A DNA stretch of 64,000 bases from Minisyncoccota bacterium (GTDB taxonomy: Bacteria > Patescibacteriota > Minisyncoccia > Phycocordibacterales > UBA9973). The translations under genes were made by a program, and so were the position numbers. Below are positions 1-9,594 of the stretch, in pieces; within the stretch, counting starts at the first letter, position 1, and each line of letters starts with the position of its first letter. Location of the stretch: the NCBI GenBank assembly GCA_028718635.1, contig JAQULK010000001.1:396818-460817 (forward strand), written 5' to 3'. The notes beneath the pieces are model-generated. The model was not told the origin of the DNA. It saw only the letters and a list, made by a program, of their open reading frames with translations, and did not search any database.

Positions 1-396
1 TTGAATAATGATAATTGGCTTAAAAAGAAAAAGGGCTTCGCCTTTATGCCCGAACATGAGCGCAAAGAAATTATTGAGGCATTTGACGCCGTTGATAGAG
101 TTATCATAAGCAATCATCCAGAAAATCCTGAAGATATGAGTGTGTGTATGGGTTTAATAGAAATTAAGCCACACATTTTTGCGAATGGGGGCGATAGGGA
201 TACTAAAGATTCTCTTGATCCAAAATCTTCTTTATATAGAGAAAGAGAAATACATAAAAAACTTGGTATTGATATGATATACAATGTAGGACATGGGGGA
301 AAAGTCCAAAGCTCATCAGATTTAGTAAAGAAAGCCAAAGTAAATAAAAAGAATCCCAGTAGTAAAGCAAAGCTTACTACGGGACGAAGAAAATAA
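1..396 (+). CDS. C-terminal fragment of a cytidylyl/adenylyltransferase-like nucleotidyltransferase (HldE domain II / TagD-like). The N-terminus lies outside the window
   Basis: The ORF is open at position 1. The C-terminal 'ANGGDRD' segment resembles the KGGDY region of the cytidylyltransferase superfamily. Stop at 394-396. Confidence 0.5.
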   Translation: MNNDNWLKKKKGFAFMPEHERKEIIEAFDAVDRVIISNHPENPEDMSVCMGLIEIKPHIFANGGDRDTKDSLDPKSSLYREREIHKKLGIDMIYNVGHGGKVQSSSDLVKKAKVNKKNPSSKAKLTTGRRK

Positions 397-397
397 A

Positions 398-1150
398 ATG
401 AAACCTTTAAACGAAATGTCAAAAAAAGATATCAGTAAAATCAAGTTAGTAGTTTTTGATGTTGACGGAGTAATAGTGCCAAGAGGCACAAAAATAAAAC
501 AGATTGGAAACACAACCACCTTAGAAACAAAAGTCATTGCGCCTAGGCAAATAGAGCAAATTAAAAAATTACACAAAAAAGGATTTCTAATAAATATTAG
601 TTCTGGAAGGGGGTTATATATGCTTCAAGAAATGTTTCGAGACATTTTGCCTTTTATCAGTCTTACTTATGAATGCGGCAGCGCCACTTGGTACAAAGGG
701 AAAATCTACCAGCATATCAACAGCTTTGAACGTTTAAAAGATATTTTGCCAAAATTAAAAAAAGTGGCAATTAAAAAGAAAGATTTCAAAGGATTTGAAC
801 CTAAAGAATTCATCATAACGATTCATTGCAAAAAACAAATAAAAGAAATCGAAGACGTGGTAAAAAGTGATAAAAATCTTGTCACTCTCTGGAATGGTGA
901 AGCGTATGATGTTTTGATAAAAAAAGATCAAACAAAGGCTCTCGGTTTGAGACATACGATGAAACTTTTTAAATTAAAGAAAGAAAATGTGATGGCCATA
1001 GGGGATAATTACAATGATCAAGAACTTTTAGAAGAGAGCGGAATGCCTATATCAGCTGATAAAAGCAGAGTTCAAGGAAAGTTCTATGTTCCATTAAAAG
1101 GTAAGTTTCTTCCTGCAGACGAGTTAATGCAGAAGATTTTAAAACTTTAA
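398..1150 (+). CDS. HAD-superfamily (Cof-like, type IIB) sugar-phosphate phosphatase
   Basis: Motif I 'VVFDVDGVIV' near the N-terminus and motif IV 'GDNYNDQELL' near the C-terminus, with cap-domain length (250 aa). The ATG is 1 nt after the upstream stop. Confidence 0.7.
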   Translation: MKPLNEMSKKDISKIKLVVFDVDGVIVPRGTKIKQIGNTTTLETKVIAPRQIEQIKKLHKKGFLINISSGRGLYMLQEMFRDILPFISLTYECGSATWYKGKIYQHINSFERLKDILPKLKKVAIKKKDFKGFEPKEFIITIHCKKQIKEIEDVVKSDKNLVTLWNGEAYDVLIKKDQTKALGLRHTMKLFKLKKENVMAIGDNYNDQELLEESGMPISADKSRVQGKFYVPLKGKFLPADELMQKILKL

Positions 1151-1161
1151 AATTAAAACAA

Positions 1162-1524
1162 ATGGAAAGATTTGAAACATATCAAGAGGAACGTCCATGG
1201 GGAAATTTTAGGCAATTTACTCACAACGAAGTAACTACCGTAAAAATTATTTCAATTAAAAAAGGTTGTTCTTTAAGTCTACAATATCACAATCATCGGA
1301 TAGAGTTTTGGAAAGTTCTTTCGGGTCATCCACTTGTTACGATTGGCGAAGAGAAAATCAACGCAGAGCCTGAAAATGAGTTTAGGGTAAATAATTTGCA
1401 GATACATCAGTTGGAGGCTCCAATTGATGATGTAAAAGTTTTAGAAATAGCTTATGGGAATTTTGATGAAAATGATATTATAAGGATAAAAGATAAATAT
1501 GGCCGCGTTAAAAAAGAAAATTAA
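1162..1524 (+). CDS. Cupin-domain protein, type II phosphomannose isomerase / GDP-mannose pyrophosphorylase C-terminal domain-like
   Basis: 'EERPWGNF' matches the cupin_2 signature of mannose-6-phosphate isomerase. 120 aa. Confidence 0.6.
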   Translation: MERFETYQEERPWGNFRQFTHNEVTTVKIISIKKGCSLSLQYHNHRIEFWKVLSGHPLVTIGEEKINAEPENEFRVNNLQIHQLEAPIDDVKVLEIAYGNFDENDIIRIKDKYGRVKKEN

Positions 1525-2677
1525 AAAGATAGCTGAAAAGAAAACAGTAAAAAAAACTTCTGTAAAAAAGAAAGTCCATCTTAACTCAGCAAATCGAGCC
1601 AGAATTATAAAACGAAAAACTATATTTAAAAAAATAGTAGTAAAAAAAACTACTAAAAAATTTACTGCTCTTAATTTAGAAAGGTCAAAAAAGAATCCAA
1701 TCATTGAACCAGAAAATCATTCATACTGGGAATCAAAAGCGACGTTTAATCCCAGTGCTATCCATCATGATGGGAAGATTCATGTTATTTATCGAGCGAT
1801 TGGAGATAGTGATATTTCCGTAATGGGCTACGCAAAAAGTTCTGATGGTTATTTTTTTGATAAAAATTCAAAAGAACTGGCTTATTACCACAAAGGAAAA
1901 GTGGCAGTAAAAAAAGATCCAAAAACTAAATTATCAAATTATTCTTCGGGGGGTGGATGGGGCGGTGGTTGTGAAGATCCTCGCTTAACACTTTTAGGCA
2001 ACACTGTGTATATGATATATACAGCTTTTGATGGTTGGGGATCATTGCGAATGGCTTTGACTTCTATTAGCTTGGATGATTTTATAGCTAAACGTTGGAA
2101 CTGGAAAGAACCTGTTTTGATTTCTCCACCTGGACAAATACATAAAAATTGGGTGCTTTTTCCAGAAAAAGTAAATGGAAAATTCGCAATATTACACAGT
2201 TTTGCTCCGAAAATTCTTATTGATTATTTTGATAGTCTAGATGGGCTTGATGGTGAAAAATTTATAAATAGTAACAATACTAGACCTGTAGATGAGACGA
2301 GAGAGTGGGATAGTTGGTTTCGCGGTGTCGGTCCTTCTCCCATTAAAACAAAATATGGCTGGCTTGTTTTATATCATGCTATGGATCACAAAAATCCGGA
2401 TAAATATAAAATGGGCGCAATGATTTTAGATATGAAAGATCCAACTAAGGTTCTTTATCGTTCCAATCAACCAATTCTTGAACCGGAAGAGTGGTACGAG
2501 AATGAGGGATATAAAAGCGGAGTAATTTATTCCTGTGGAGCTGTTGTAAAGGATGGACAATTGTTTGTATACTATGGAGGAGCAGATAAAGTTTCTTGCG
2601 TAGCTACGGCGAATTTAGACTCATTTTTAAATGAGTTAGTGCATTCGAATGTCACAGTAATGAAAAAAATAAATTAA
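1499..2677 (+). CDS. GH130-family glycoside phosphorylase/hydrolase (beta-mannoside phosphorylase-like, DUF377-like) with a ~60-aa Lys-rich N-terminal tail
   Basis: 'ESKATFNPSAI..G.IHVIYRA', 'GCEDPRLT' and 'YYGGADK' five-bladed beta-propeller motifs. The N-terminus is KKK/KKT-rich. Overlaps the previous ORF by 26 nt. Confidence 0.7.
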   Translation: MAALKKKIKKIAEKKTVKKTSVKKKVHLNSANRARIIKRKTIFKKIVVKKTTKKFTALNLERSKKNPIIEPENHSYWESKATFNPSAIHHDGKIHVIYRAIGDSDISVMGYAKSSDGYFFDKNSKELAYYHKGKVAVKKDPKTKLSNYSSGGGWGGGCEDPRLTLLGNTVYMIYTAFDGWGSLRMALTSISLDDFIAKRWNWKEPVLISPPGQIHKNWVLFPEKVNGKFAILHSFAPKILIDYFDSLDGLDGEKFINSNNTRPVDETREWDSWFRGVGPSPIKTKYGWLVLYHAMDHKNPDKYKMGAMILDMKDPTKVLYRSNQPILEPEEWYENEGYKSGVIYSCGAVVKDGQLFVYYGGADKVSCVATANLDSFLNELVHSNVTVMKKIN

Positions 2678-2694
2678 AAATAAAAATTTAAATA

Positions 2695-4629
2695 ATGTAC
2701 GCAACAAAAAGATCACATCACAATCCGGTTCTTTTTCCCTATAGAGACCATTATTGGGAATCTTTTGCCACTTTTAATATGAGTGTTATTAAAAAAGGCA
2801 AGACTTTTTATGGCGTTTATCGCGCTATTGGAGCTGTCGATAAGCTGCGCGTACCGGAGCAGATTTCCATTATCGGTCTGGGGTCTAGCAAAGACAAAAC
2901 TCATTTTGAAAACTGTGTGCCGTTTATTGAACCTATAGAGGAATGGGAAAAATACGGATGTGAAGATCCTCGCATTACTTTTTTTGAAGGAAATTACTAC
3001 ATATTTTATACTGCTCTTTCCAAATATCCATTCGAGGCAAGCGGTATCAAAGTCGCCTTGGCAATTTCAAAAGATTTAAAGAAAATCGATGAACGCCATT
3101 TAATAACCCCTTTCAACGCTAAAGCCATGACTCTTTTTCCAAAACGCATAAATGGCAAAATTACTGTAATTGTAACTGTAAATACAGACATGCCTCCTTC
3201 TAAAATTGCCATTGTACAGGTTGATAAAATTGAAGATTTATGGAATCAAAAATTTTGGGAAAAATGGTACGCGAATATAGATAAAAACGCTCTTGATTTC
3301 AAAAGATTTCCGACTGATCATACCGAAATAGGCACTGCTCCTATTTATACTTCGCAAGGTTGGTTTCTTTTGTATTCTCATATTCAAAATTATTTTAAAG
3401 GGGGAGAAAATTCCGATAGAATTTTTGGAATTGAAGCGGTGCTTCTCGATTTAAAGAATCCTCTTAAAATTGTCGGGCGGACAAAAGGACCTATTTTGGT
3501 GCCGAGAGAGCCATATGAACTTCTTGGACATGTTCCCAATATAGTTTTTCCTTCCGGAGCAATTCTAGAAAAAGATACCCTTTTTATGTATTATGGAGCA
3601 GCCGATACGACGACCTGTATGGCTCATGTGAACATGACTGATCTAGTGGGTACCATGCTTCCGAAAACATCTGCTAGATGGCATTTCAAACGTTATGCCA
3701 AAAATCCTATTATTACCAAGAATGAAACACATCCCTGGGAATCCAAGGCTACCTTCAATCCAGCCGCTTTGAGGATAAAAGATACAATCCACATATTGTA
3801 TAGAGCGCTTTCGGATGATAATACTTCTTCTCTCGGTTATGCATCGAGCAAAGATGGTTTTTTGATCAATGAGAGACAAGCCCTGCCAGCTTATGTGCCG
3901 AGAGAAGGTTTTGAATTAAAAAAAATTTCGGGAGGAAATTCCGGTTGTGAAGATCCGCGGTTGACGAAAATAGGGAAAAATATTTATATGTGCTACACCG
4001 CTTTTGACGGTGTTGGTCCTGCACGGGTTGCCATTACCTCCATTACAGAAAATAATTTTTTGCAGAAAAACTGGCAATGGGAAAAGCCTGTTTTGATCAC
4101 TCCCAGAGGTTTCGATGATAAAGATACGTGTATTTTTCCTGAAAAGACAAATGGTAAATATTTTGTTTTGCATCGAGTGGGAAATGAAATATGCGGAGAT
4201 TATCTAAAGTCGCTTGATTTTAACCAAGAAACTATCCGAAAATGCATCAGGATAATCGGGCCAAGGATAAACAAATGGGACAATGCCAAAGTGGGGATTT
4301 CTGCCCCGCCTATCAAGACAAAGTATGGCTGGTTGCTCCTTTACCACGGAATTTCAAAAAATCACAATACTTACAGGATTGGAGCTGTTTTGCTTGATCT
4401 TCATGATCCAGCCACTGTTCTCACCCGCACTTCTGATCCTATTTTTGAACCGGAAGAACCATATGAAAAAAACGGCATAGTAAATAACGTTGTTTTTCCT
4501 TGTGGAATGGTAGAGAAGGATGGCTTGCTTTACATTTATTATGGGGGAGCGGATACCGTCGTCGGAGTGGCGACGATAGAACTCAGCGTATTGCTTAGAG
4601 CTCTCACTCGAGATATAATCAAGGGATGA
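2695..4629 (+). CDS. Tandem-duplicated GH130 protein (two complete GH130/DUF377 domains fused)
   Basis: Two repeats of 'W/ESxATFN...YRAxG...CEDPR..YTA...YYGxAD': residues ~20-320 and ~330-640. Confidence 0.7.
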   Translation: MYATKRSHHNPVLFPYRDHYWESFATFNMSVIKKGKTFYGVYRAIGAVDKLRVPEQISIIGLGSSKDKTHFENCVPFIEPIEEWEKYGCEDPRITFFEGNYYIFYTALSKYPFEASGIKVALAISKDLKKIDERHLITPFNAKAMTLFPKRINGKITVIVTVNTDMPPSKIAIVQVDKIEDLWNQKFWEKWYANIDKNALDFKRFPTDHTEIGTAPIYTSQGWFLLYSHIQNYFKGGENSDRIFGIEAVLLDLKNPLKIVGRTKGPILVPREPYELLGHVPNIVFPSGAILEKDTLFMYYGAADTTTCMAHVNMTDLVGTMLPKTSARWHFKRYAKNPIITKNETHPWESKATFNPAALRIKDTIHILYRALSDDNTSSLGYASSKDGFLINERQALPAYVPREGFELKKISGGNSGCEDPRLTKIGKNIYMCYTAFDGVGPARVAITSITENNFLQKNWQWEKPVLITPRGFDDKDTCIFPEKTNGKYFVLHRVGNEICGDYLKSLDFNQETIRKCIRIIGPRINKWDNAKVGISAPPIKTKYGWLLLYHGISKNHNTYRIGAVLLDLHDPATVLTRTSDPIFEPEEPYEKNGIVNNVVFPCGMVEKDGLLYIYYGGADTVVGVATIELSVLLRALTRDIIKG

Positions 4630-4745
4630 ATCCCGAACAAAATCGCGGACGCATAAAATAAACATAATTATGATTATTCAAAAAAATATTATTAACAATA
4701 AAACAAAGGATATCGCGTAAGCGTACGCGTCCTATTTTGTACGGG
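4630..4745 (+). repeat. Family A stop-to-start element, copy 1, with a mini-ORF at 4670..4720
   Basis: Starts 2 nt after the GH130 TGA and ends at the hpf ATG. tcccgaacaaaatcgcggacgc ... cgcgtaagcgtacgcgtcctattttgtacggg. Encodes MIIQKNIINNKTKDIA*. Confidence 0.7.
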
Positions 4746-5144
4746 ATGAAGATAAATTTACAAGGAAAAGGTATTGAGCTGACGGAGTCCATTAAAGACT
4801 ATGTATTAAAAAGAGTTACCAATTTAGAGAAATTGCTCTCTGGTATTGAAGCAGGGAAGGGAGAAGCGATGGTAAATTTTGAAGTGGTAAAGACTACTAA
4901 TCATCATAAGACAGGTGAGATTTTTCATGCTAGTTGTGCGATAAAGGTAGATGGAAAAAAGTTTTATAGTGAAAGTGATAATGAAGATTTATATAGTGCA
5001 GTGGATGAGGTGAAAGAAACTCTCTTTAACGAAATAAGTAAAAACAAAGACAGAAAACAAACTCTCTATAAACGTGGAGCCACCAGCGTGAAAAAAATGT
5101 TCAAAGGTCTTTCTAAAAGAAACCCTTTTACTTCAAAGTATTAG
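4746..5144 (+). CDS. hpf: Ribosome hibernation promoting factor (HPF/RaiA, short form)
   Basis: 'MKINLQGKGIELTESIKDYVLKRV..LEK' is classic HPF. I prefer the ATG at 4746 over the ORF-caller's TTG at 4737. Confidence 0.85.
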   Translation: MKINLQGKGIELTESIKDYVLKRVTNLEKLLSGIEAGKGEAMVNFEVVKTTNHHKTGEIFHASCAIKVDGKKFYSESDNEDLYSAVDEVKETLFNEISKNKDRKQTLYKRGATSVKKMFKGLSKRNPFTSKY

Positions 5145-5193
5145 TCTTCAAGAAATCCTTAAGAAATCCTCGTATTTTATTTCTTTTTTTCCT

Positions 5194-5243
5194 TCAGGAA
5201 GAACCCCATACTAGAGCGAAGCTCAGTACGGGGCATGCTTTTT
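5194..5243. terminator. Bidirectional intrinsic terminator between convergent hpf and fmt
   Basis: Imperfect GC-rich hairpin ccccatact(a)gagc-gaa-gctcagtacgggg followed by catgcttttttt. On the other strand the hairpin is preceded by an A-run. Confidence 0.6.
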
Positions 5244-6095
5244 TTAATTTACATAATCTATTTCTTTTCCATTTTCTGGTATTATTTTTTTTATCACTAA
5301 TTTTTTATTTTCTAATTTAGCTTCGGTTATTTTTATTCTTTTGCCATTTTTTATGAAATATATACCCGGCCAGCCGTAAAGCGCGCAATATTTAGTGTAA
5401 ATTTCTTTTGGCGAATCATTTAACAAATCCACCAAACCATCTTCTTTTTTGATTTTTTCACAATAGGTTGCTTTAGATTCATCTTGAGGTTTTGGAGTTA
5501 TTTTTTCTTTTATATAATCCTCCAGTACTTTTACTAATAATTTTCCGCCTTCTCGAAAAAGTTTTTCTTCTAAAATAGGCAAAAGAGGAGGCCAATCCTT
5601 GTCATCTATTTCGACATTTTTTTGCGCCACGATCGGTCCATGATCCATTTTCTCATCTAAAATTATTACTGTTGCTCCAATATCTCTTTCATTGTTGAGT
5701 ATCGATGATCTTACAGGGGAAGGTCCGCGCAATCGAGGCAACATTGAGGGATGTACATTTAAAATTCCATGCTTCGGCATGTTTAGGATTTTTTGGGGCA
5801 GAATTTTTCCATAAGCAGTTAAGACAAAAACATCATATTCCATAAGCCCTGTCGGGTGTCCAACACCCGACAGGAAGTTTTCATCAATAACTTTAGGCTG
5901 GAGTGTCGGTATCCCATGAGCCTCTGCCCATTTTTTTACTGGCGGAGCTTCAAAATGGTGACCTCGTCCGATTTTTAAGTCTGGGGCAGTTACCACAAGA
6001 GAAGGGAAATATCCATCTTCTGCAAGTTCTTCTAATACATACACAGCCAAGTCTGGTGTTCCAAAGAATACAAATTTTAAGTTTTTGTTTTGCAT
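5244..6095 (-). CDS. fmt: Methionyl-tRNA formyltransferase
   Basis: 'FFGTPDLAV..L..L......VVTAPD...GRG.....PVK..A..HGIP' N-terminal formyltransferase domain plus a C-terminal domain. Start probably at the internal Met (MQNKNLKF). Confidence 0.85.
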   Translation of the reverse strand: MQNKNLKFVFFGTPDLAVYVLEELAEDGYFPSLVVTAPDLKIGRGHHFEAPPVKKWAEAHGIPTLQPKVIDENFLSGVGHPTGLMEYDVFVLTAYGKILPQKILNMPKHGILNVHPSMLPRLRGPSPVRSSILNNERDIGATVIILDEKMDHGPIVAQKNVEIDDKDWPPLLPILEEKLFREGGKLLVKVLEDYIKEKITPKPQDESKATYCEKIKKEDGLVDLLNDSPKEIYTKYCALYGWPGIYFIKNGKRIKITEAKLENKKLVIKKIIPENGKEIDYVN

Positions 6096-6099
6096 AAAT

Positions 6100-6921
6100 T
6101 TATAAGCTATCAAATGGGCTTTTAATATTTTTTATCGCAGGATTGGTTACTTTTGTGTATAATTGTGTGGTTCTGATATTGGCGTGGCCTAAAAGCTCTT
6201 GCACATAACGCACGTCCACACCATTTTCCAAAAGGTGAGTGGCAAAACTATGACGAAGTGAGTGAAAAGTAGCTTCTTTATTAATATTGCATTTTTTTAA
6301 AGCGTTTTCAAAAATCTTTTGTGCGGTTCTTTCTGTTAATTTGCCGCCACGTTCACTAGCAAAAACATAGTCATTTAAATTTCTTCCAGTTATTGATTTT
6401 TCAATTTTTTTACTTAGTTTTTTCGGGAAAATAGTAATTCTATCTTTGTTGCCTTTTGCCCCTTTGATATGAATAGTTAATTCTGCTAAATTTAAGTCTT
6501 TAATTTTTAAATTTGTTGTTTCACTGACCCTGAATCCGGAAGCATATGATAGAGAAATTAATAGTTGATGTTTTTCATTACTTATTGAATCAATAATTTT
6601 TTCAATTTCATTTCTTGACAATACGATTGGCAATTTACTCGGTGTTTTTGCAAATTTAATGTCAATTTTATTATGAAACTTTAGTACATTCCAACAGAAA
6701 AAATTAATAGCTTGTAAGCTTTGATTGATGGTTTGCGAAGACATTTTTTTATCAATTTTTGACAATAAATATCGCTTAATAAAATCAACATCTACCGAAT
6801 CAAAATTGTTTTGCTTAGTACGCAAATATTCAGCTACACAGCCCACGTAACTTTTAATAGTTTTAGGACTATAATTTCTGAGTTTTAGCTCGTCTTCTAG
6901 TTTTTTTAAATATACTTTCAT
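6100..6921 (-). CDS. Tyrosine site-specific recombinase (XerC/XerD / phage-integrase family)
   Basis: 'HSLRHSFATHLLENGVDVRYVQELLGHANIRTTQLYTKV' carries the R-H-R-Y catalytic box. N-terminal SAM-like core-binding domain. Confidence 0.85.
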   Translation of the reverse strand: MKVYLKKLEDELKLRNYSPKTIKSYVGCVAEYLRTKQNNFDSVDVDFIKRYLLSKIDKKMSSQTINQSLQAINFFCWNVLKFHNKIDIKFAKTPSKLPIVLSRNEIEKIIDSISNEKHQLLISLSYASGFRVSETTNLKIKDLNLAELTIHIKGAKGNKDRITIFPKKLSKKIEKSITGRNLNDYVFASERGGKLTERTAQKIFENALKKCNINKEATFHSLRHSFATHLLENGVDVRYVQELLGHANIRTTQLYTKVTNPAIKNIKSPFDSL

Positions 6922-7164
6922 TTATTTATTTGTTATAATTAAACTAATATAAATATACACAATAGTCGTAAAAAGTGCAATATTATACATACTATACGAA
7001 AACACTTCGTATATAAACGAGTTAGGCGAAATAATTTTTTTCTCTCTTTTAGAAATGTTTCCTTCTGGTCTTCTTTTTTTGAATAAGGAATGCAAAATAA
7101 GATTTTCTTTTTATTTTATAGAGGGGAATAAGGTGTTTTCTTCCGCTACGCTACAGAAAACGGA

Positions 7165-7214
7165 TTTTTTATATAAGTAAGAAAAAGCCCCAAATGGTTA
7201 TACCACCGGGGCTT
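7165..7214 (-). terminator. Intrinsic terminator downstream of the GC-rich islet gene 7280..8473
   Basis: Minus-strand hairpin aagcccc-N14-ggggctt followed by a T-run. Confidence 0.6.
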
Positions 7215-7279
7215 GAGTGAACTTGAAAGAACTATTTTACTCCCTGATTCGGCAGAGAGCTTACCGACCGCGATGGTTA

Positions 7280-8473
7280 TTAGGATTTGCCGACTGCATC
7301 CAACGCGTGTTTCAACGTTTTTTGGATGCACATAAATTGGCTAATCCCTTTTTCCCAGCAATCTGGGTTAGGGACCGAAACTTCCCTATTTCCGAATTTG
7401 CCTCTTTTTTCCTCCATTACTTTTTGAATCTCGGGATCCCTTCTCTGCTCAGCAGAGAGGTCTTGATAGTAATGAAGGATGATTTGAGGTTTGTCGCTCG
7501 CTCCGATCGCCTCCACCATTAATCTGGTGTTTTTTTTGAGGTAATCGCACGAGGGACATGCAACGTTGAGCATGTCGGGCTGCTGTCTGACCGCCCTTGA
7601 CATAATGTCAAGGCTGTCAAGCACTTCCTTTGACCCAGCAATAAGCCAATGTGGGCCCTCTTCATGCTCGAACATCGCCTCAATCACATCAGAATCCTTC
7701 TGCAGTTCAGGAGTAATTCCGACGTAATTGTTGGTTGCCAAGCTGATCGCCGCAAGGGCAACATCCTTGTCGCCTTTCAACCGTTCGGAGATAAAGCACA
7801 TGTGAGAATTCAAGGCTTCAACTCTCTTCTCGATCAGCCCGAGAACAAACTCCTTGTCATCCGCCATTTCAGGCAGCAGATGCTCTTCGCAAAATGCCCC
7901 TGGATTCTCAAGGAGGTACTTTTTTATCGCCTCGGCATCCCCGACAATTTCATCAGGAAGACAACTGCCGTGATCTACCTCAGTCGAGAAACCTCCCTCT
8001 TTCAGAAGGTCCACAACCGCGGCGTAACCATCGACTTCACCATGGCCGATGATCTGGAGAAAAACCGGGATAGGGATGCAGTTTTCGTCCTCGGTGCCAC
8101 GATTGACCCAGAGGAGATCATAGTAGGTATCTCCATCACACGATCTCCGTTCGTAGGAAATCTCATTGACACCAAAAAGAGTACCGAAGAAATCTCTGTT
8201 CTTATCTTCGTACTCCGCCTCACAGCCGTCAAAATTCAATCTGTCAAATATCATTTTCTTTTCTCCTTCTTTCAGAATTTTTGCCCGCAACTGCCGGAAT
8301 TGCTTCGCGACAGAAGTCGGGATGAGGTTTTGAGCGACAAGATTCTCAAGCCCGTCTTGAAGCGTCTTGAAAACTTTTTTGGCCTGGCCTTGCTCAAGGG
8401 TCAGGACTCCTCGCACCAACTGCTCAACCGTTAGCTCCGAGGACAAACTCCCGGTGCCGTCCATTTGGTCCAT
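7280..8473 (-). CDS. Hypothetical protein with DUF4116-like repeats, in a GC-rich islet
   Basis: Repeats 'DKEFVLGLIEK', 'DKDVALAAISL', 'DSDVIEAMFE' and 'DPEIQKVMEE'. Strong SD AAGGAGG 7 nt upstream of the ATG at 8473 (the ORF-caller start at 8575 is rejected). GC visibly higher than flanks. Confidence 0.6.
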   Translation of the reverse strand: MDQMDGTGSLSSELTVEQLVRGVLTLEQGQAKKVFKTLQDGLENLVAQNLIPTSVAKQFRQLRAKILKEGEKKMIFDRLNFDGCEAEYEDKNRDFFGTLFGVNEISYERRSCDGDTYYDLLWVNRGTEDENCIPIPVFLQIIGHGEVDGYAAVVDLLKEGGFSTEVDHGSCLPDEIVGDAEAIKKYLLENPGAFCEEHLLPEMADDKEFVLGLIEKRVEALNSHMCFISERLKGDKDVALAAISLATNNYVGITPELQKDSDVIEAMFEHEEGPHWLIAGSKEVLDSLDIMSRAVRQQPDMLNVACPSCDYLKKNTRLMVEAIGASDKPQIILHYYQDLSAEQRRDPEIQKVMEEKRGKFGNREVSVPNPDCWEKGISQFMCIQKTLKHALDAVGKS

Positions 8474-8551
8474 AGCGGATCCTCCTTTTTGGAATTTTAC
8501 TACTGTCCCGCCATCTGGTCGGTAATTCCGCTTATGCGGAAAATAGCTTGC

Positions 8552-8603
8552 TACGAAGTAGCAATAAAATGGCAAAAAATTGCCGTCTTATTGCTACTTC
8601 GTA
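8552..8603. promoter_or_regulatory. Long perfect hairpin/palindrome (16-bp arms, nested 5-bp inner hairpin) ~80 nt upstream of the islet gene
   Basis: tacgaagtagcaataa ... ggcaa-aaaa-ttgcc ... ttattgctacttcgta. No T-tract on either side, so it is not a terminator. Possible operator or 5' leader structure. Confidence 0.4.
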
Positions 8604-8730
8604 ATCCATTATTCAGTTTTCAAAGTGCTGTCAATTTTGATTTTTCAGTATAGCACCTTTTCAATAATCTGTCAATAGTAATATCGTAAAATGGCTTATT
8701 TTGGCTAAATAATCCAAAAAGCAACAAGGA

Positions 8731-8785
8731 GTTTTGGGCTTTGGGCATTCACCTCTTTAATTCCCCTCTGCCCAAAGCCCAAAAC
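8731..8785. repeat. 17-bp perfect inverted repeat (gttttgggctttgggca / tgcccaaagcccaaaac) with a 21-nt loop
   Basis: Seen directly. Lies in the non-coding spacer of the islet. Confidence 0.5.
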
Positions 8786-9007
8786 GGAAAATCTTATTTT
8801 GCTCTATATTATATAAAAGAAGACCAGAAGGAAACGAATAATAAGGATGAGAAAAAATTACATCGCCTAACAAGTTGTATCAGGTTCCAGAAATTCGCCT
8901 CAATTATCTTCCAAAGGAGTGCAAATTTCTTCCACCCAAATTTTTGCCTTCTTCTTTCTTTTATATTACACTAAGGAAAGAAGGCAAAAACTTCTGATAC
9001 AACTAAC

Positions 9008-9033
9008 GTTGTCTGAAATGACGAAAAACAAAA
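9008..9033. repeat. Left 26-bp terminal inverted repeat bracketing the small islet gene
   Basis: gttgtctgaaatgacgaaaaacaaaa. The partner at 9595..9620 matches 24 of 26 in inverted orientation. Confidence 0.55.
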
Positions 9034-9054
9034 AATGCAAAGTTATTTTTGGAA

Positions 9055-9098
9055 ATTTTTAAAAACAAAAAAAGGAGGGCAACAAAATGAAGCCCTCC
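9055..9098 (-). terminator. Intrinsic terminator of gene 9122..9457
   Basis: Minus-strand ggagggc-N11-gccctcc followed by TTTTTTTTGTTTTT. Confidence 0.7.
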
Positions 9099-9121
9099 GA
9101 AGTGTGCGTTAAAAAACGCTG

Positions 9122-9457
9122 TTAAATATCTTTGACATACAACCTGAATCCGCCGCCACCCCACGCCGACCACTGCTCAAGGCTGATTGTCCTTTCGGGG
9201 CTTATTACATCCTTGAGTTCCTCGATGTCGGCCTGGTCAAGCTCGGCACTGAACTCGCCAGGAAAGTCACATTTGGGGTGTTTGAACACGATTTTATTGC
9301 CCTCAAATGCGATGTCGGCGGTTCCGTCCCTAAACAGTGCCTTCGGAAATGACGCGCAAAAATCGATTGACTCCGTGTGTGGTTTTGCGCTCAGCTTAAC
9401 GCCGTTTATTCTTCCTGCATCATTCTTTGTTACCTCAACGTCAATCTCGTAGTTCAT
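9122..9457 (-). CDS. Hypothetical 111-aa protein, GC-rich islet cargo
   Basis: SD AGAGGAGG 6 nt upstream of the ATG at 9457. No recognisable motifs (ends SAWGGGGFRLYVKDI). Confidence 0.5.
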   Translation of the reverse strand: MNYEIDVEVTKNDAGRINGVKLSAKPHTESIDFCASFPKALFRDGTADIAFEGNKIVFKHPKCDFPGEFSAELDQADIEELKDVISPERTISLEQWSAWGGGGFRLYVKDI

Positions 9458-9594
9458 GGCCGCCTCCTCTTTTGGATTGTTTTTAAAAATTTCCAAAAAT
9501 AACTTGGAAATCGATGTGGTTAGATGTCGTTACTACCTTTAAAGAACTTCAAAGTAGTATACAGATTGTAGCGAAAATGTCAATATCGATTTCC

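Noticed and set aside
1499-1690. Lys-rich region as an independent small histone-like gene
   Set aside because: There is no stop codon between it and the GH130 domain, and no alternative start codon for the GH130 part, so it is annotated as an N-terminal tail of the same protein.
4630-4745. Small self-cleaving ribozyme (hammerhead/twister) inside the A and B elements
   Set aside because: I looked for the hammerhead CUGAnGA...GAAA core and found none in any copy. The conserved parts are simple terminal helices plus a mini-ORF. This cannot be excluded without a covariance-model scan.
7217-8434. Long plus-strand ORFs (7217..7522, 7649..8434) antisense to the islet gene
   Set aside because: They lie in the GC-rich segment, where stop codons are rare on all frames. 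There is no SD or start context, and they overlap a gene that has a strong SD and a terminator on the other strand. They are shadow ORFs.
8741-8974. 77-aa plus-strand ORF in the islet spacer
   Set aside because: It runs through two long palindromes in a non-coding spacer. It has low-complexity composition and no RBS.
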